A stretch of DNA of 33,391 nt from Candidatus Limnocylindrus sp. (GCA_044341795.1 JBIIRA010000002.1:1-33391), one strand, 5' to 3'; positions 16,220 through 26,196 are shown, counted from the first letter of the stretch. Program-made: numbers and translations. Notes: generated by a model from the letters alone, not told the origin.

Positions 16220-18412
16220 TTACGAGGGGAGGCCCTCTTCACCGGTGATGTCACGGCTCAGGCCGCAGGCATGCTCTGTGCGCACGGTGAGCGTGGCGCC
16301 AGGCTGAAGTTCGATCGAGCGCACCAGATGGAGGGAGCTCCCCTGGTAAACGCGCTCAAATCCGCCTTCGGAATTGGAGATCGTTTCGATCGGCGCCCAT
16401 GCGGCAGCGGCATGCGGTGCGCTGGTGGTTGTGAGCGCAATGCCGAGATAGTCGTTCCCTGAGCTGAGTGGAGCGCCGGCTGGAGCCTCACCTGGTGCGT
16501 CATGTGCAGCGCGAACCCCCGCCGCTGTCCAGTACGCGGCGGGGTTGCCACCGCCACCGAGCAGCATCAGGTTCCACTCCTCATCGAGGACGGCGCTGAG
16601 GGCGGGGCCTCCGGTGTGCGCGAACGTTGTCTCAACGGTGAGCGTTGGGTCCATGCGACCCCCCGCCAGTCGAATCGTTCGCGTCGCTGCAATAGTCGTG
16701 CCGCCAATCTGCTGCGTGGCGGTAAGCGTGGCACTTCGATCGTCGTGCTCCGTCAGCACCCACTGTGTCGAGGCAAGGCTGCCGATTGCCGTTGCGGCGC
16801 CGTCTGCGATCGCGCGCCCGCTCGTGCCAGCGGGGTAGAGGCGCAGGAGCGCGGAGCGTCGCTCGTAGTCGTCGTACTGCAGCTTCGCTGCGAGGCCTGG
16901 TTCCTTCACCGAGACGATGTCGTGAATCGATGCGACACCGCCACTCTCGCTCGCAGCACTCGCCGCTGTTCCGGCCGCCTCGGCTGCCGCATGCGCGCGC
17001 AGCTTCTCGTGATACGCCTCGGGGCGTCGACGCATCACCGCGAGGAGGGCGTGGTGTGGAGCGCGCAGGTCGAACGAGGTGATCGCACCACCCTCGGCTG
17101 GGTCGATCTGTAGTCGCGCACCAGCGTTAGCGAGCTGCAGTTCATCGGTGCCATCAAGGTCGAGATCGGTCAGGAGTGCGGGGAGCGACGCCCCTGCGTT
17201 CGTGCGACGGTAGGTGCCGTCAGCGATGTCTTCGGCGGCGATCAGGTGCTCAAATGTCGCCAGGCGCATGTGGGTGATGTAGACACCGCCAAAGAGCCCA
17301 TGCCAATAGCAGTCATTCGACTGGCCGCGGTGCAGGTGATCCTCGGCGGCGCGCTTCTCGGCCCCGGCCGGCATGGCGGCCACTTTCGCGCTGGTGCGCA
17401 GCATCTGCTTATGCAGATCGTTGATCTCGCAGTACTTCACCTGGAAGTTTCGCCAGAAGCCTCCGCGCAGGTAGCGCGCCTCCGGGCTCTTCGCATCCTG
17501 CGCCGCGTGCAACATCGGCCCAAAGACCTGCGATTCATCTGGCGGCAAGACCCAGTCGCCCATCTCGGCGTACGACGAGGTTGGTAGATACACACGGCCA
17601 ATTGGTCCGCGCTCATCGAGCCAACGTGATGGCGTGGTGGTAGCGAGCCAATCGGCGTTCTGTTCTAGCGCAGTGAAGAACTTCTCGACCCACTGACCGT
17701 CACCCCAGCAGTGATCCCAGGTGGTTGGCCATGAGCCGAACTTCTCGCCGTCATCACCCATCGTGCCGATGCGCTCACCCTCGGGGGTGGCGTGTTCGCG
17801 CAGATACTCGATCACGCTCTCAACAGAGCCGAACGGAATGCGATAACGCAGGCCCTGCTCCGTGCCGAAGACGGTGAGTGGCTTCCCCTCATCTTCGGTG
17901 AGGTAGGCGCCCCAGAGCGCATCTTCTGGAATGGCAGCGGCTCGAAAGTGGGCGTCGTCGAGGATCGTCCAGCGGTAGCCACCGTCGTGGAGCGCCGCGG
18001 GGAGTGATGGCTCCCAGACTCGCTCAGCGAGCCAGGCGCCTTGCGGTGCCACGCCAACAAGCTCCTTGATGCGCTCGCGCATGCGTCGGAGTTGCGCGAC
18101 ACGATCAGCAGCGGGGAGTGAGGCGAGAATTGGCTCATAGAGTCCGCCACCAACGATCTCGACCTGACCGCGCTCAACGAGCGCGCGCACACGCGCCAAG
18201 AACTCTGGATGGGCTGCGGCGAACCATTCAAGGAGTGGACCCGTGTAGTGCAGCGAGAGTCGAACCTTTGGGTGGCGCTCCAGCGCCTCGATCATCGGTA
18301 GGTAGGCCTTCTCGTAGATCTCGTCAAAGACCCAGCCAAAGTTGCCGACCGGCTGATGGTTGTGCAGGGTGAGCGCGAGGGAGATTCGACGGGGTGCGCT
18401 GCTGCTACTCAT
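16220..18412 (-). CDS. GH57-family alpha-amylase/4-alpha-glucanotransferase with C-terminal DUF1925/1926-like region
   Basis: LTLHNHQPVGNF, HYTGPLLEWF, WLAERVWEP (nucleophile Glu) and GDDGEKFG (acid/base Asp). Confidence 0.9.
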   Translation of the reverse strand: MSSSSAPRRISLALTLHNHQPVGNFGWVFDEIYEKAYLPMIEALERHPKVRLSLHYTGPLLEWFAAAHPEFLARVRALVERGQVEIVGGGLYEPILASLPAADRVAQLRRMRERIKELVGVAPQGAWLAERVWEPSLPAALHDGGYRWTILDDAHFRAAAIPEDALWGAYLTEDEGKPLTVFGTEQGLRYRIPFGSVESVIEYLREHATPEGERIGTMGDDGEKFGSWPTTWDHCWGDGQWVEKFFTALEQNADWLATTTPSRWLDERGPIGRVYLPTSSYAEMGDWVLPPDESQVFGPMLHAAQDAKSPEARYLRGGFWRNFQVKYCEINDLHKQMLRTSAKVAAMPAGAEKRAAEDHLHRGQSNDCYWHGLFGGVYITHMRLATFEHLIAAEDIADGTYRRTNAGASLPALLTDLDLDGTDELQLANAGARLQIDPAEGGAITSFDLRAPHHALLAVMRRRPEAYHEKLRAHAAAEAAGTAASAASESGGVASIHDIVSVKEPGLAAKLQYDDYERRSALLRLYPAGTSGRAIADGAATAIGSLASTQWVLTEHDDRSATLTATQQIGGTTIAATRTIRLAGGRMDPTLTVETTFAHTGGPALSAVLDEEWNLMLLGGGGNPAAYWTAAGVRAAHDAPGEAPAGAPLSSGNDYLGIALTTTSAPHAAAAWAPIETISNSEGGFERVYQGSSLHLVRSIELQPGATLTVRTEHACGLSRDITGEEGLPS

Positions 18413-18421
18413 GGGGAGAGG

Positions 18422-20602
18422 TTAGCGGTGAGACCCCGTTTGTGGGGTGGCGGCGGGAAGGTAGAGCTGCTCGCAGTACTCGTGGAGCATGCGGGTGGTG
18501 CTGAAGCGCCACAGCGTGCTGCCGATCGAGGCACGCGCCAGGTCGAGCCAGGCGGCAGGGAGGCCATCGGCGCCACGATCGTAGTAGCGCGGCACCACTT
18601 CGTTCTCAAGGATGCGATAGAGGCTCTCCGCATCGGCTGCGTCTTGCGCTGCGTCGTCTGGGTTGATGGAGGTGTCGCCGATCGCAAATCCGTTGGTGCC
18701 CGTGTACCCCTCATCCCACCACCCGTCAAGAATCGAGACGTTCACGGCGCCATTTGCTGAGGCCTTCATCCCTGAGGTGCCCGATGCCTCCAGTGGTCGT
18801 CGCGGCGTGTTGAGCCATACATCGCAGCCAGCAACGAGATATCGCGCCGTGCGCATGTCGTAATCCTCCATGACGAAGATGCGCCCGCGGAAGGCGTCGG
18901 TGCGGCTCTTCTCCCAGATGTCGCGAATGACCTCTTGGCCAGCGCGGTCGGCTGGGTGTGCCTTTCCAGCGAAGACGATCTGTACCGGTCGATCACTGTT
19001 GCTCAAAATGCGGGTGAGGCGCTCAATATCGGTGAAGAGGAGATTGGCGCGCTTGTAGGTCGCAAAGCGACGCGCAAAGCCAATCGTCAGAACGTTTGGG
19101 TCGAAGAAGTGATCCGCTTCGCGAAGAGCGCCGGGTGCCTCACCGTGGCGCCCGAGCTGGCGGCGGATGGAGTCGCGCAAGAATTCACCGAGCGCAACTT
19201 TCTGTCGCGTGTGTGCGTCCCACCAGGCGCGTGAATCAACGCTGCCGAGGCGCTCCCAGAATCCCGCCGCCTCTGGGCCATCGGTATCTAGTCGATCAAG
19301 ATCGGCGTTTAGGAACTGCTCATAGACGGCGCGCGTTTCGCGACCTGCCCACGTCGGCATATGGACACCATTGGTGATGCCAAGGATCTTGTTGGTGATG
19401 ACTGGCGACCAGGTCGCATTCGCAGTCTCGGCATGCAGCTTGCTCACAGCGTTCGCCCCAACGCTCAGTCGCAGTGAGAGGGCGGTCATATCGAAGGTGC
19501 CACGGTCTCCCTCAGCGCCAACGGCGAGGTCAAGCATGCGCTGCAGCGGCACGCCACCAGTGTCGGCTTCACCGGTGCCATCACAGAGAGGGCCAACGAC
19601 ACGCTTCACTAGGTCCACGCCGAACTTCTCATTGCCGGCTGAGACGGGGGTGTGAATCGTAAAGACCGTGTGGTGCTTGACGTGCTCGAGCGCGCTCTCA
19701 AGCGTTTCGCCTGCGGCAACGAACTCACGCGTGCGCTCCACAAGGTTCAGGGCCGAGTGACCCTCGTTCAGGTGGTAGACAGCTGGGTCGACGCCGAGTG
19801 CGCGCAGCGCGCGGATGCCACCAACACCGAGCACCATCTCCTGGTGCAGGCGCATCTCGCGGCCACGCACATACAAGATGTGGGTGATCGGGCGGTCGGC
19901 CTCACTGTTGGCAGGGATGTCGGTGTCGAGGAGGAGCACGGGGACGCGACCAATCTGCGCAACCCATACCGCTGCCGAGACGCGTCGGTCACCGAGCGGA
20001 ATTGAAACAACGAGCTGCTCACCGTTTACGCCAGCGGCGCGCGCGAGGGGCAACAGCGAGAGGTCAATCTCAGGGTAGGCATGCTCTTGATGCCCATCGG
20101 CATCAATGGTCTGGCGGAAATATCCGCGGCGGTAGAGGAGTCCAACGCCAACGAGCGGGAGGGCCATATCTGAGGCGGCCTTCATATGGTCGCCGGCCAA
20201 GATGCCGAGACCACCGGAGTAGAGGGTGAGGCTCTCGTGCCATCCGAACTCGGCACAGAAGTAGGCGATCGGGTTCGTAAGGTTGGCACCGTGCGTGCGG
20301 GGGAACCAGTGGTCGCTGCCGCCAGCCATGTAGTTGTCGAACGCAGCAACGACCTCGTCAACCTGGGTCAGGAACTTTGGATCCTCAAGGAGTGGCTCCC
20401 AGTCAATTGGGCCAGAGCAGATCGCGACGGGATTTCGCGTTGCAGTCCAACGCCCTGGATGAATGCGGCGGAAGAGTGCGCGGGCTTCGGGGTGCCACGA
20501 CCACCAGAGGTTGTACGAGACGCGGCGCAGCCCCTCAAGGCGGGGTGGGACGCGGAATGAATCAGGTGTCGGTAGCGTGCGCAGCACGACAGAGTTCGTC
20601 AT
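18422..20602 (-). CDS. glgP: Alpha-glucan phosphorylase (GlgP family, maltodextrin/glycogen phosphorylase)
   Basis: YSGGLGILAGDH and the PLP-Lys motif EASGTSGMKASANG. The start at ATG 20602 is preceded by the SD GGAGGAG. Confidence 0.9.
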   Translation of the reverse strand: MTNSVVLRTLPTPDSFRVPPRLEGLRRVSYNLWWSWHPEARALFRRIHPGRWTATRNPVAICSGPIDWEPLLEDPKFLTQVDEVVAAFDNYMAGGSDHWFPRTHGANLTNPIAYFCAEFGWHESLTLYSGGLGILAGDHMKAASDMALPLVGVGLLYRRGYFRQTIDADGHQEHAYPEIDLSLLPLARAAGVNGEQLVVSIPLGDRRVSAAVWVAQIGRVPVLLLDTDIPANSEADRPITHILYVRGREMRLHQEMVLGVGGIRALRALGVDPAVYHLNEGHSALNLVERTREFVAAGETLESALEHVKHHTVFTIHTPVSAGNEKFGVDLVKRVVGPLCDGTGEADTGGVPLQRMLDLAVGAEGDRGTFDMTALSLRLSVGANAVSKLHAETANATWSPVITNKILGITNGVHMPTWAGRETRAVYEQFLNADLDRLDTDGPEAAGFWERLGSVDSRAWWDAHTRQKVALGEFLRDSIRRQLGRHGEAPGALREADHFFDPNVLTIGFARRFATYKRANLLFTDIERLTRILSNSDRPVQIVFAGKAHPADRAGQEVIRDIWEKSRTDAFRGRIFVMEDYDMRTARYLVAGCDVWLNTPRRPLEASGTSGMKASANGAVNVSILDGWWDEGYTGTNGFAIGDTSINPDDAAQDAADAESLYRILENEVVPRYYDRGADGLPAAWLDLARASIGSTLWRFSTTRMLHEYCEQLYLPAATPQTGSHR

Positions 20603-20665
20603 CAGTTCGTCTCCTCCCCCCAATTGCACGTTCCGCCTTCCGACGGCTCGTGGCACGGGCGGATT

Positions 20666-22042
20666 CTAGCGCCCGCCGCGCCCCTGTCGCTCGGACTCGG
20701 TTTCTGGGTACGAGACGGGTGCCGAGAGCGCTGCCGTCGCTGCGGCGGAGTAGGCCGTATCGGTTGGGCTTGACGAGCCCTTGACCGTGACCGACTTGGC
20801 GCCAACTGGCGGCTGCTCCGTTGCAGGCAGGATCGAGCGGCCGGGGAGGCGATGCTCGAGCTTGACCGTGACGTCGTAGTCCTCGCAGATGTCGAGGAAC
20901 GGATCTGGATCCATCATGTCCGGCGACTTAACTCCGGCACCACCCCAAACACCCTCGGCGATCAGCTCCATCGCCATGATCGGCATCACGCCGGTCTGCC
21001 AGGCGACTGGCTGCAGGTTGTAGCGACCCATCGTCTCCGCGGCATCACACACCTGGTAATGGAACGTCTCGCGCGGGCGACCATCCTTAGTGCCGCTGAC
21101 GAGTGTCCCAACAATTGCGCGACCGATCATGCTCTTGCCGAGCGTTGACGGGTCAGGCGAGAGGGCGGCGATCACGTCGCGCGGTGCAACCTGGACACCC
21201 TTCACGTTGATTGGGCTCTTGCCGTCGAGCCCGAGGCGGTGCAGCAACTGCAGCGTCTCAATGAAGTCAGCGCCGAGCGCATACTTAAACGTGATCACGT
21301 CGGCCTTCATGCTGCGCGGCAGCTGAATCACCTCTTCATGCTCAACATTGACGCACATGACAGGGCCAACCCCTTCAGGGAAGACGAAGTCTTCCGGCTC
21401 ACTGAACGGCTCGCGCACCTCGATCTTGCCGTTGCGCCAGACGATTGGCGGGTTCAAGCACTCCTCGATCACCGTCCAGAGGCTGAAGACCGTCGCAAAC
21501 GGGTAACCCTCAATGCGCAGGTCTCCACCGTCGCGCACGTGCACTGCGGAGATGTCGTCGAAGGTCCACTTCTTGGCGTAGGCGGCGAAGATGTTAGAGA
21601 GGCCCGGGTCCATCCCCATGCCGATGAGCGCCAACTTGCCGCGATCTTCCCAGAGCTTCTTGCGCTCCTCCTGATACGCCCCGAGCATGAGGCCCGGAAC
21701 GGTGTATGGATTTGCCGCATCCGGAATCGAGAGGCTGGTGGCCATGTCGATGTAGTGCACGCCAGCCTCAAGGGCTGCGTCAAAGACGGCTGGAACGAAT
21801 CGCGGATCTACCGCATTCAAAACCAGGTCGGCCTTGGAGCTCGCAATGAGCTCCTTCAGCTGAGCGGCGTTCCCCGCGTCAACCTGGGCAACCTTGTATC
21901 CAGCGCCAACTGCGTCCGCAACCGTGCGCGCACGGTCGAGGGAGTAGTCCGCAAGGGTCAGGGTGCCGAGCCACTTCTTCCCTTTAATGAGGTGGGCGAT
22001 TGCCTCGCCGACCGTGCCAGTACCAACCAACAGAACGTTCAT
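20666..22042 (-). CDS. Saccharopine dehydrogenase-family NAD(P) oxidoreductase with ~60-aa low-complexity C-terminal tail
   Basis: Rossmann N-terminus MNVLLVGTGTVGEAIA and the ADLVLNAVDPRF...VHYIDMA pattern of the Sacchrp_dh family. Confidence 0.8.
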   Translation of the reverse strand: MNVLLVGTGTVGEAIAHLIKGKKWLGTLTLADYSLDRARTVADAVGAGYKVAQVDAGNAAQLKELIASSKADLVLNAVDPRFVPAVFDAALEAGVHYIDMATSLSIPDAANPYTVPGLMLGAYQEERKKLWEDRGKLALIGMGMDPGLSNIFAAYAKKWTFDDISAVHVRDGGDLRIEGYPFATVFSLWTVIEECLNPPIVWRNGKIEVREPFSEPEDFVFPEGVGPVMCVNVEHEEVIQLPRSMKADVITFKYALGADFIETLQLLHRLGLDGKSPINVKGVQVAPRDVIAALSPDPSTLGKSMIGRAIVGTLVSGTKDGRPRETFHYQVCDAAETMGRYNLQPVAWQTGVMPIMAMELIAEGVWGGAGVKSPDMMDPDPFLDICEDYDVTVKLEHRLPGRSILPATEQPPVGAKSVTVKGSSSPTDTAYSAAATAALSAPVSYPETESERQGRGGR

Positions 22043-22247
22043 CGTTCAGTGCCTTTCACGCGGGGGCCCAGGAAGCCGGGCTGCACCCGCACCAGGGGAG
22101 CCCTCCGAGGGCTCAACCCAGTTGCTCTTGCCAGCCTACGCCTACCCCCCGGGGGGTCGTCAAACGACCCGGAGTTCGTGCGGGCCAGGGTCGTATACTC
22201 AACAGAGGCGACAGATGCCGCCACAGATGTAGTTGAAGGGGGATGCC

Positions 22248-22811
22248 ATGGAAGGGCTGCTACCGGTTCTCGTAATCGTTGGTGTACTCGCACTCGTTGC
22301 GATCACTGCCTTTAACGGTCTGGTGAATGGACGCAACCGTGTGGATGAGGCGCTCGGTCAAATTCAGGTGCAACTTAAGCGCCGCTATGACCTGATTCCA
22401 AATCTCGTTGATGCGGTCAAGGGGCAGATGGGCTTTGAGAAGGGCGTCCTTGAGGGCGTCACCAAGGCACGCGCCGCTGCCGTCAATGCCGGCACCTCTG
22501 GCGACACTGCGGCACAGGCGAAGGCCGAAAACATGCTGACCAGTTCGCTGCGCACCCTCTTCGCTAACGTCGAGGCGTACCCAACCCTGAAGTCGAACGA
22601 GAATGTGATTCAGTTGCAGGAGCAGCTCACCTCAACGGAGAATCAGATCGGCTTCAGCCGACAGCACTACAACGCCACCGTGCTCTCGTACAACAACGCT
22701 GTGCAGACCTTCCCAGGCCTGCTCTTCGCAGGCGCATTCGGATTCGCCAAGCGCGACTTCTTCGATGCCCCTGATGCCGAGGAGGCCGTTCCAAAGGTCA
22801 ACCTCTCCTAG
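22248..22811 (+). CDS. lemA: LemA family membrane protein
   Basis: N-terminal TM helix followed by FNGLV..RNRVDEALGQIQVQLKRRYDLIPNLV. ATG 22248 has the SD GAAGGGGG 5 nt upstream. Confidence 0.9.
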   Translation: MEGLLPVLVIVGVLALVAITAFNGLVNGRNRVDEALGQIQVQLKRRYDLIPNLVDAVKGQMGFEKGVLEGVTKARAAAVNAGTSGDTAAQAKAENMLTSSLRTLFANVEAYPTLKSNENVIQLQEQLTSTENQIGFSRQHYNATVLSYNNAVQTFPGLLFAGAFGFAKRDFFDAPDAEEAVPKVNLS

Positions 22812-22829
22812 TCGGCACCGGTCGACGCG

Positions 22830-23792
22830 ATGGCAACCTTCTACGACCTTGCGGCGGAGAATCGACGGAAGTCGCTCCTCCTCGTCTTCATCGTGGTGGC
22901 GATTCTCGCCGCCTTCGGAGCGAGCGCAGGGATCGCCCTCAGCGGCACCGTCGACGGCGGCATCCCCTTTGCCCTCGGCGCCTTCGTCCTGGGCTTCTTC
23001 TTGACACTCGGCGCATATTTCAGCGGCGACAAAGCGGTCCTTGCCGCGGCGGGTGCCAAGGAGCTTGACCCTTCGGCCGGCCGAGAAGAGCGCGAGCTCG
23101 ACAACATCGTGAACGAGCTCTGTCTTGCTGCGAACATGCCGAAGCCGAAGGTGTACACCATTGATGACACGGCACTCAACGCATTCGCCACGGGGCGCGA
23201 TCCGGAGCACGCCAGCATCGCCGTCACCGCAGGACTCATGCGCACTCTCGACCGTGAAGAGATGAGCGGCGTGGTCGCCCACGAGCTCTCACATGTTCGG
23301 AACTTTGATATTCGCTATGGGCTACTCGTGGCTGCCCTCGTTGGCTCACTCGCCCTGCTGAGCGACCTGGTGATGCGCTGGGCCTTCTGGGGTGGCGGTC
23401 ACAAACGCGATAACGATCGTGGTGGTGGCAACGCGATTCAGGTGATCTTCATCATCCTGACGATTATCCTGGCCATCCTTGCGCCGATTGCTGCGCGGCT
23501 GGTGCAGCTGGCCGTTTCGCGCCAGCGCGAATACCTGGCCGACGCATCTGGGGTGGAGCTCACCCGTAACCCTGCAGGGCTCGAGCGCGCCCTGGCGAAG
23601 TTGGCTGGCGACAAGGAGGTCCTTGAGGTTGCGACCAAGGCGACGGCGCACATGTACATCATCAATCCCGTGAAGCACTTTGAGGAGCGTTCAGCCGGCT
23701 TCCTGGCGACACATCCACCGCTCGTCGATCGCATTAATCGCTTGCGTGCTCTTCGACGAGCAAAGCCACTTGAGGCAGTCAGCGAGGCTTAG
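22830..23792 (+). CDS. htpX: M48-family zinc metalloprotease (HtpX-like)
   Basis: HELSHVRNFD (HExxH), four TM segments and a downstream E in REYLADASG. Confidence 0.9.
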   Translation: MATFYDLAAENRRKSLLLVFIVVAILAAFGASAGIALSGTVDGGIPFALGAFVLGFFLTLGAYFSGDKAVLAAAGAKELDPSAGREERELDNIVNELCLAANMPKPKVYTIDDTALNAFATGRDPEHASIAVTAGLMRTLDREEMSGVVAHELSHVRNFDIRYGLLVAALVGSLALLSDLVMRWAFWGGGHKRDNDRGGGNAIQVIFIILTIILAILAPIAARLVQLAVSRQREYLADASGVELTRNPAGLERALAKLAGDKEVLEVATKATAHMYIINPVKHFEERSAGFLATHPPLVDRINRLRALRRAKPLEAVSEA

Positions 23793-24007
23793 TCACGGCA
23801 CTCGCGTACCCAGGCGGCGAACTCCTCTGGGAAGGCGTCCTGATAGCGCGGCCCCGGGTCTGCGTTCCAGCGCTCAATCACGCCGTATCGCTGATCGCAG
23901 TCGGCGATGTCCAGGGCGGACACGAATAGGGCAAACAGGAGTCCTAGTGCGATCACGCCAATCAGGAGCCCAATCCAGACCCCTTGACGCTCACCGTAGC
24001 CCTGCAT
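23789..24007 (-). CDS. Small single-TM protein (72 aa), hypothetical
   Basis: Strong SD AGGAGG 4-5 nt upstream of ATG 24007. TM helix VWIGLLIGVIALGLLFALFV. Two Cys in the soluble tail. Its stop codon overlaps the htpX stop (TTAG). Confidence 0.6.
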   Translation of the reverse strand: MQGYGERQGVWIGLLIGVIALGLLFALFVSALDIADCDQRYGVIERWNADPGPRYQDAFPEEFAAWVRECRD

Positions 24008-24020
24008 GCCGCCTCCTTGC

Positions 24021-24026
24021 TATTGT
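24021..24026 (+). promoter_or_regulatory. -10-like hexamer TATTGT, 9 nt upstream of the tRNA-Gly 5' end
   Basis: TATTGT-gtgtctcgc-GCGGGAG. No convincing -35 element. Confidence 0.3.
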
Positions 24027-24035
24027 GTGTCTCGC

Positions 24036-24111
24036 GCGGGAGTAGCTCAGTTGGTAGAGCACTTGCCTTCCAAGCAAGATGTCGCGAGTTCGAGCCTCGT
24101 CTCCCGCTCCA
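24036..24111 (+). tRNA. tRNA-Gly (anticodon UCC), CCA encoded
   Basis: Manual cloverleaf: acceptor GCGGGAG/CTCCCGC, D arm GCTC-AGTTGGTA-GAGC, anticodon arm CTTGC-CTTCCAA-GCAAG, T arm GCGAG-TTCGAGC-CTCGT. Confidence 0.95.
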
Positions 24112-24126
24112 ACTCCCAGATTGCGC

Positions 24127-26163
24127 CTAGGCGCGCGTGTCGGCGATGATCGCGCGCGAGACACGCTTTGCGACAGCCAAGATCGTGACCATCGGATTCA
24201 CGCCGAGTGCGGTTGGGAAGAGTGAACCATCCGCAATGTAGAGGTTCTTGATCAGCCCACCGTGCGGATCGCTCTGGCGGGGTCGCGGCGTAGAACGAAC
24301 GCGGCCCCACGGATCACACACGTGATCTCGCGCGTCGGAGCCCATCCGTGCCGTGCCCATCTGGTGCGCAGAGAAGACGGTTCCGCGGTTTGGGGCGAAG
24401 TCGAAGCGGTGCAGTCGGCGTAGGTAGACCTCGAGCGCTTCGCTCCCTTCGCTGCGCCGCCAGCTCATTGGTGGCGAACCGGCGGCGATGATCTCGCTGG
24501 CCCCAGCTGCTTCGGCGATGCGAGACATCGATCGCAGGGCATGGCGCAGTCCGCGCTCATCTCGTGGTGTGGTGCGGTAGTTGATCTCGGCAAAGCCCGC
24601 GCGGCTTGCGGTTACGGTGCCGCCAGCGTCATCTTTAACGATGGCCAAGAAGGGGGCGATATAGCGGCCCAGCTTCATGAGGCGCTCATGTTCGGCGCGA
24701 GCGGTCCACGGAATGCCGAGGGCGAGGAGTCCCGGGTGACCAGGAGCGCTCTCGATGATGTATCCGTTGCGCTCTTCATCGGGGTCAATAAAGCGTGAGC
24801 TCTTCGCCGCCTGCATGGTGCCGCGCCACATCTCCACTGGCTCATCAAAGACACCTGCAACGAGGCTGACCGGATGCAGGCGAAGGTTTTTTCCAATAGC
24901 GGGATGCGTGAGTCCACTGCGCTGCAGGAGGATCGGCGTTCGGAGTGCCCCACCGGAGACGACCACCGTTTTGGCAACGATCTCCAGCGTTCGAGGTGTT
25001 CCTGCGCGCGTGCCGAGGGTGGTGATTGCGCCGGTCACGGCGCCGCTCTCAAACACCAGCCGCTCCGCCTTACAGTCAGGCAAGATGCGTGCGCCGTTGG
25101 CGGCCGCCTGTGCCAAATGAAGTCGAAGAGAGGATTGCTTCGATCCGACCTTGCAGCCGAACGGGCAGGTCCCGCAGTCGCTGCACTCAGCGCGGTTCAT
25201 CTGAATGCGCTCACTACTCCAGCCAAGCTTCTCGGCGCCGCGGATGATCGCCGCATCTTTCAGCGGCACGTCCTGCGAGTCTTGTGCGCCGATCTCCTTC
25301 AGCACCGCGTTGAGGTCGCTGGTGAACTCACGCCCGCTGGCGCCGGCAACGCCGTGCTCCCCCTCCCACTCTTCGCGTACCGGATCAGGGATAGGAATTG
25401 ACGTCATCCAATTAACGGTCGTACCACCACCAACAGTGCCACCGGCGAGGATGGCGATATGTGCATCGGCGGTGGCGGTGAAACCTGAGTCGAGATAGAG
25501 GCGCTCGTAGGCATCGCGCTCTTTTGTTGGGAAGCTCTCTTCGGTGTAGAGGCCACCGGCCTCAATCACCAGCACCTCTCGACCAGCGGCGGAGAGGTCA
25601 CGCGCAATGCTTCCACCACCCGCGCCCGAACCGATCACCAGAACGTCGACAGCGATGCGCTCGGCAGGGCCTGGGTCGAAGGCGGTGATCTTTGTGACGT
25701 TCGCCGTGGCTGCGTTTGGTGTCGGGTTGTATCCGATGCCGCTGAGGCGGGTACGTACGAGCGCATCGGCAGGCTCGTCGGCATCCGAGTAGGCGATGAA
25801 CGAGAGGAGTTTGCGGAAGACGGCGGCGCCGCTGCGGAGCATCGGCACGGGATGTTGCACCCAGCGGCGCAAGAACTCGTCGCGCTGCGTTGCCTTCAGC
25901 GTGCCGAATCGGGCGAGGCGTCCGCCAATCAGCAAGCTGCCAACACGGGTATCGAGAAGGTTGAGGACCAGTCGCAGTTGGCCGTGGAGGGCAGGGTCAA
26001 CCACCTTGGCGATCGCCGTCTCCGCGGCGGCGGCACGTGCGGCACCACCGCCAGCGACGAATCCCTCTGCCAGGGCGGCCAGCGTCTTGCGCTGCGCCTC
26101 GCTGAAGATGCCCGCCGATGGCGAAGCAGATGGTGTGGATCTTGATCGCTTAGCGGTAGCCAT
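24127..26163 (-). CDS. GMC-family FAD oxidoreductase (long-chain alcohol oxidase-like, with ~150-aa N-terminal extension)
   Basis: DVLVIGSGAGGGSIARDL...VLVIEAGG (FAD fold) and C-terminal ADGSLFPTALGVNPMVTILAVA. Confidence 0.85.
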   Translation of the reverse strand: MATAKRSRSTPSASPSAGIFSEAQRKTLAALAEGFVAGGGAARAAAAETAIAKVVDPALHGQLRLVLNLLDTRVGSLLIGGRLARFGTLKATQRDEFLRRWVQHPVPMLRSGAAVFRKLLSFIAYSDADEPADALVRTRLSGIGYNPTPNAATANVTKITAFDPGPAERIAVDVLVIGSGAGGGSIARDLSAAGREVLVIEAGGLYTEESFPTKERDAYERLYLDSGFTATADAHIAILAGGTVGGGTTVNWMTSIPIPDPVREEWEGEHGVAGASGREFTSDLNAVLKEIGAQDSQDVPLKDAAIIRGAEKLGWSSERIQMNRAECSDCGTCPFGCKVGSKQSSLRLHLAQAAANGARILPDCKAERLVFESGAVTGAITTLGTRAGTPRTLEIVAKTVVVSGGALRTPILLQRSGLTHPAIGKNLRLHPVSLVAGVFDEPVEMWRGTMQAAKSSRFIDPDEERNGYIIESAPGHPGLLALGIPWTARAEHERLMKLGRYIAPFLAIVKDDAGGTVTASRAGFAEINYRTTPRDERGLRHALRSMSRIAEAAGASEIIAAGSPPMSWRRSEGSEALEVYLRRLHRFDFAPNRGTVFSAHQMGTARMGSDARDHVCDPWGRVRSTPRPRQSDPHGGLIKNLYIADGSLFPTALGVNPMVTILAVAKRVSRAIIADTRA

Positions 26164-26196
26164 GCCGCATATCTTGCCTCTTTATGCGTGCGTCGG

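Noticed and set aside
16220-20602. GH57 glucanotransferase plus alpha-glucan phosphorylase as something novel
   Set aside because: This is a well-known alpha-glucan/maltodextrin catabolic pairing. Both proteins carry canonical catalytic motifs, and nothing unusual appears beyond the lack of an SD before the GH57 gene.
22043-22247. Lysine or other known riboswitch in the leader of the saccharopine-dehydrogenase-family gene
   Set aside because: I could not recognise conserved cores of the lysine, glycine, SAM or TPP classes by eye. I kept it only as a low-interest structural observation that needs an Rfam scan.
21239-22315. 358-aa plus-strand ORF opposite the saccharopine-dehydrogenase-family gene
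   Set aside because: Antisense artefact. It runs through the intergenic region into lemA out of frame and has no recognisable domain.
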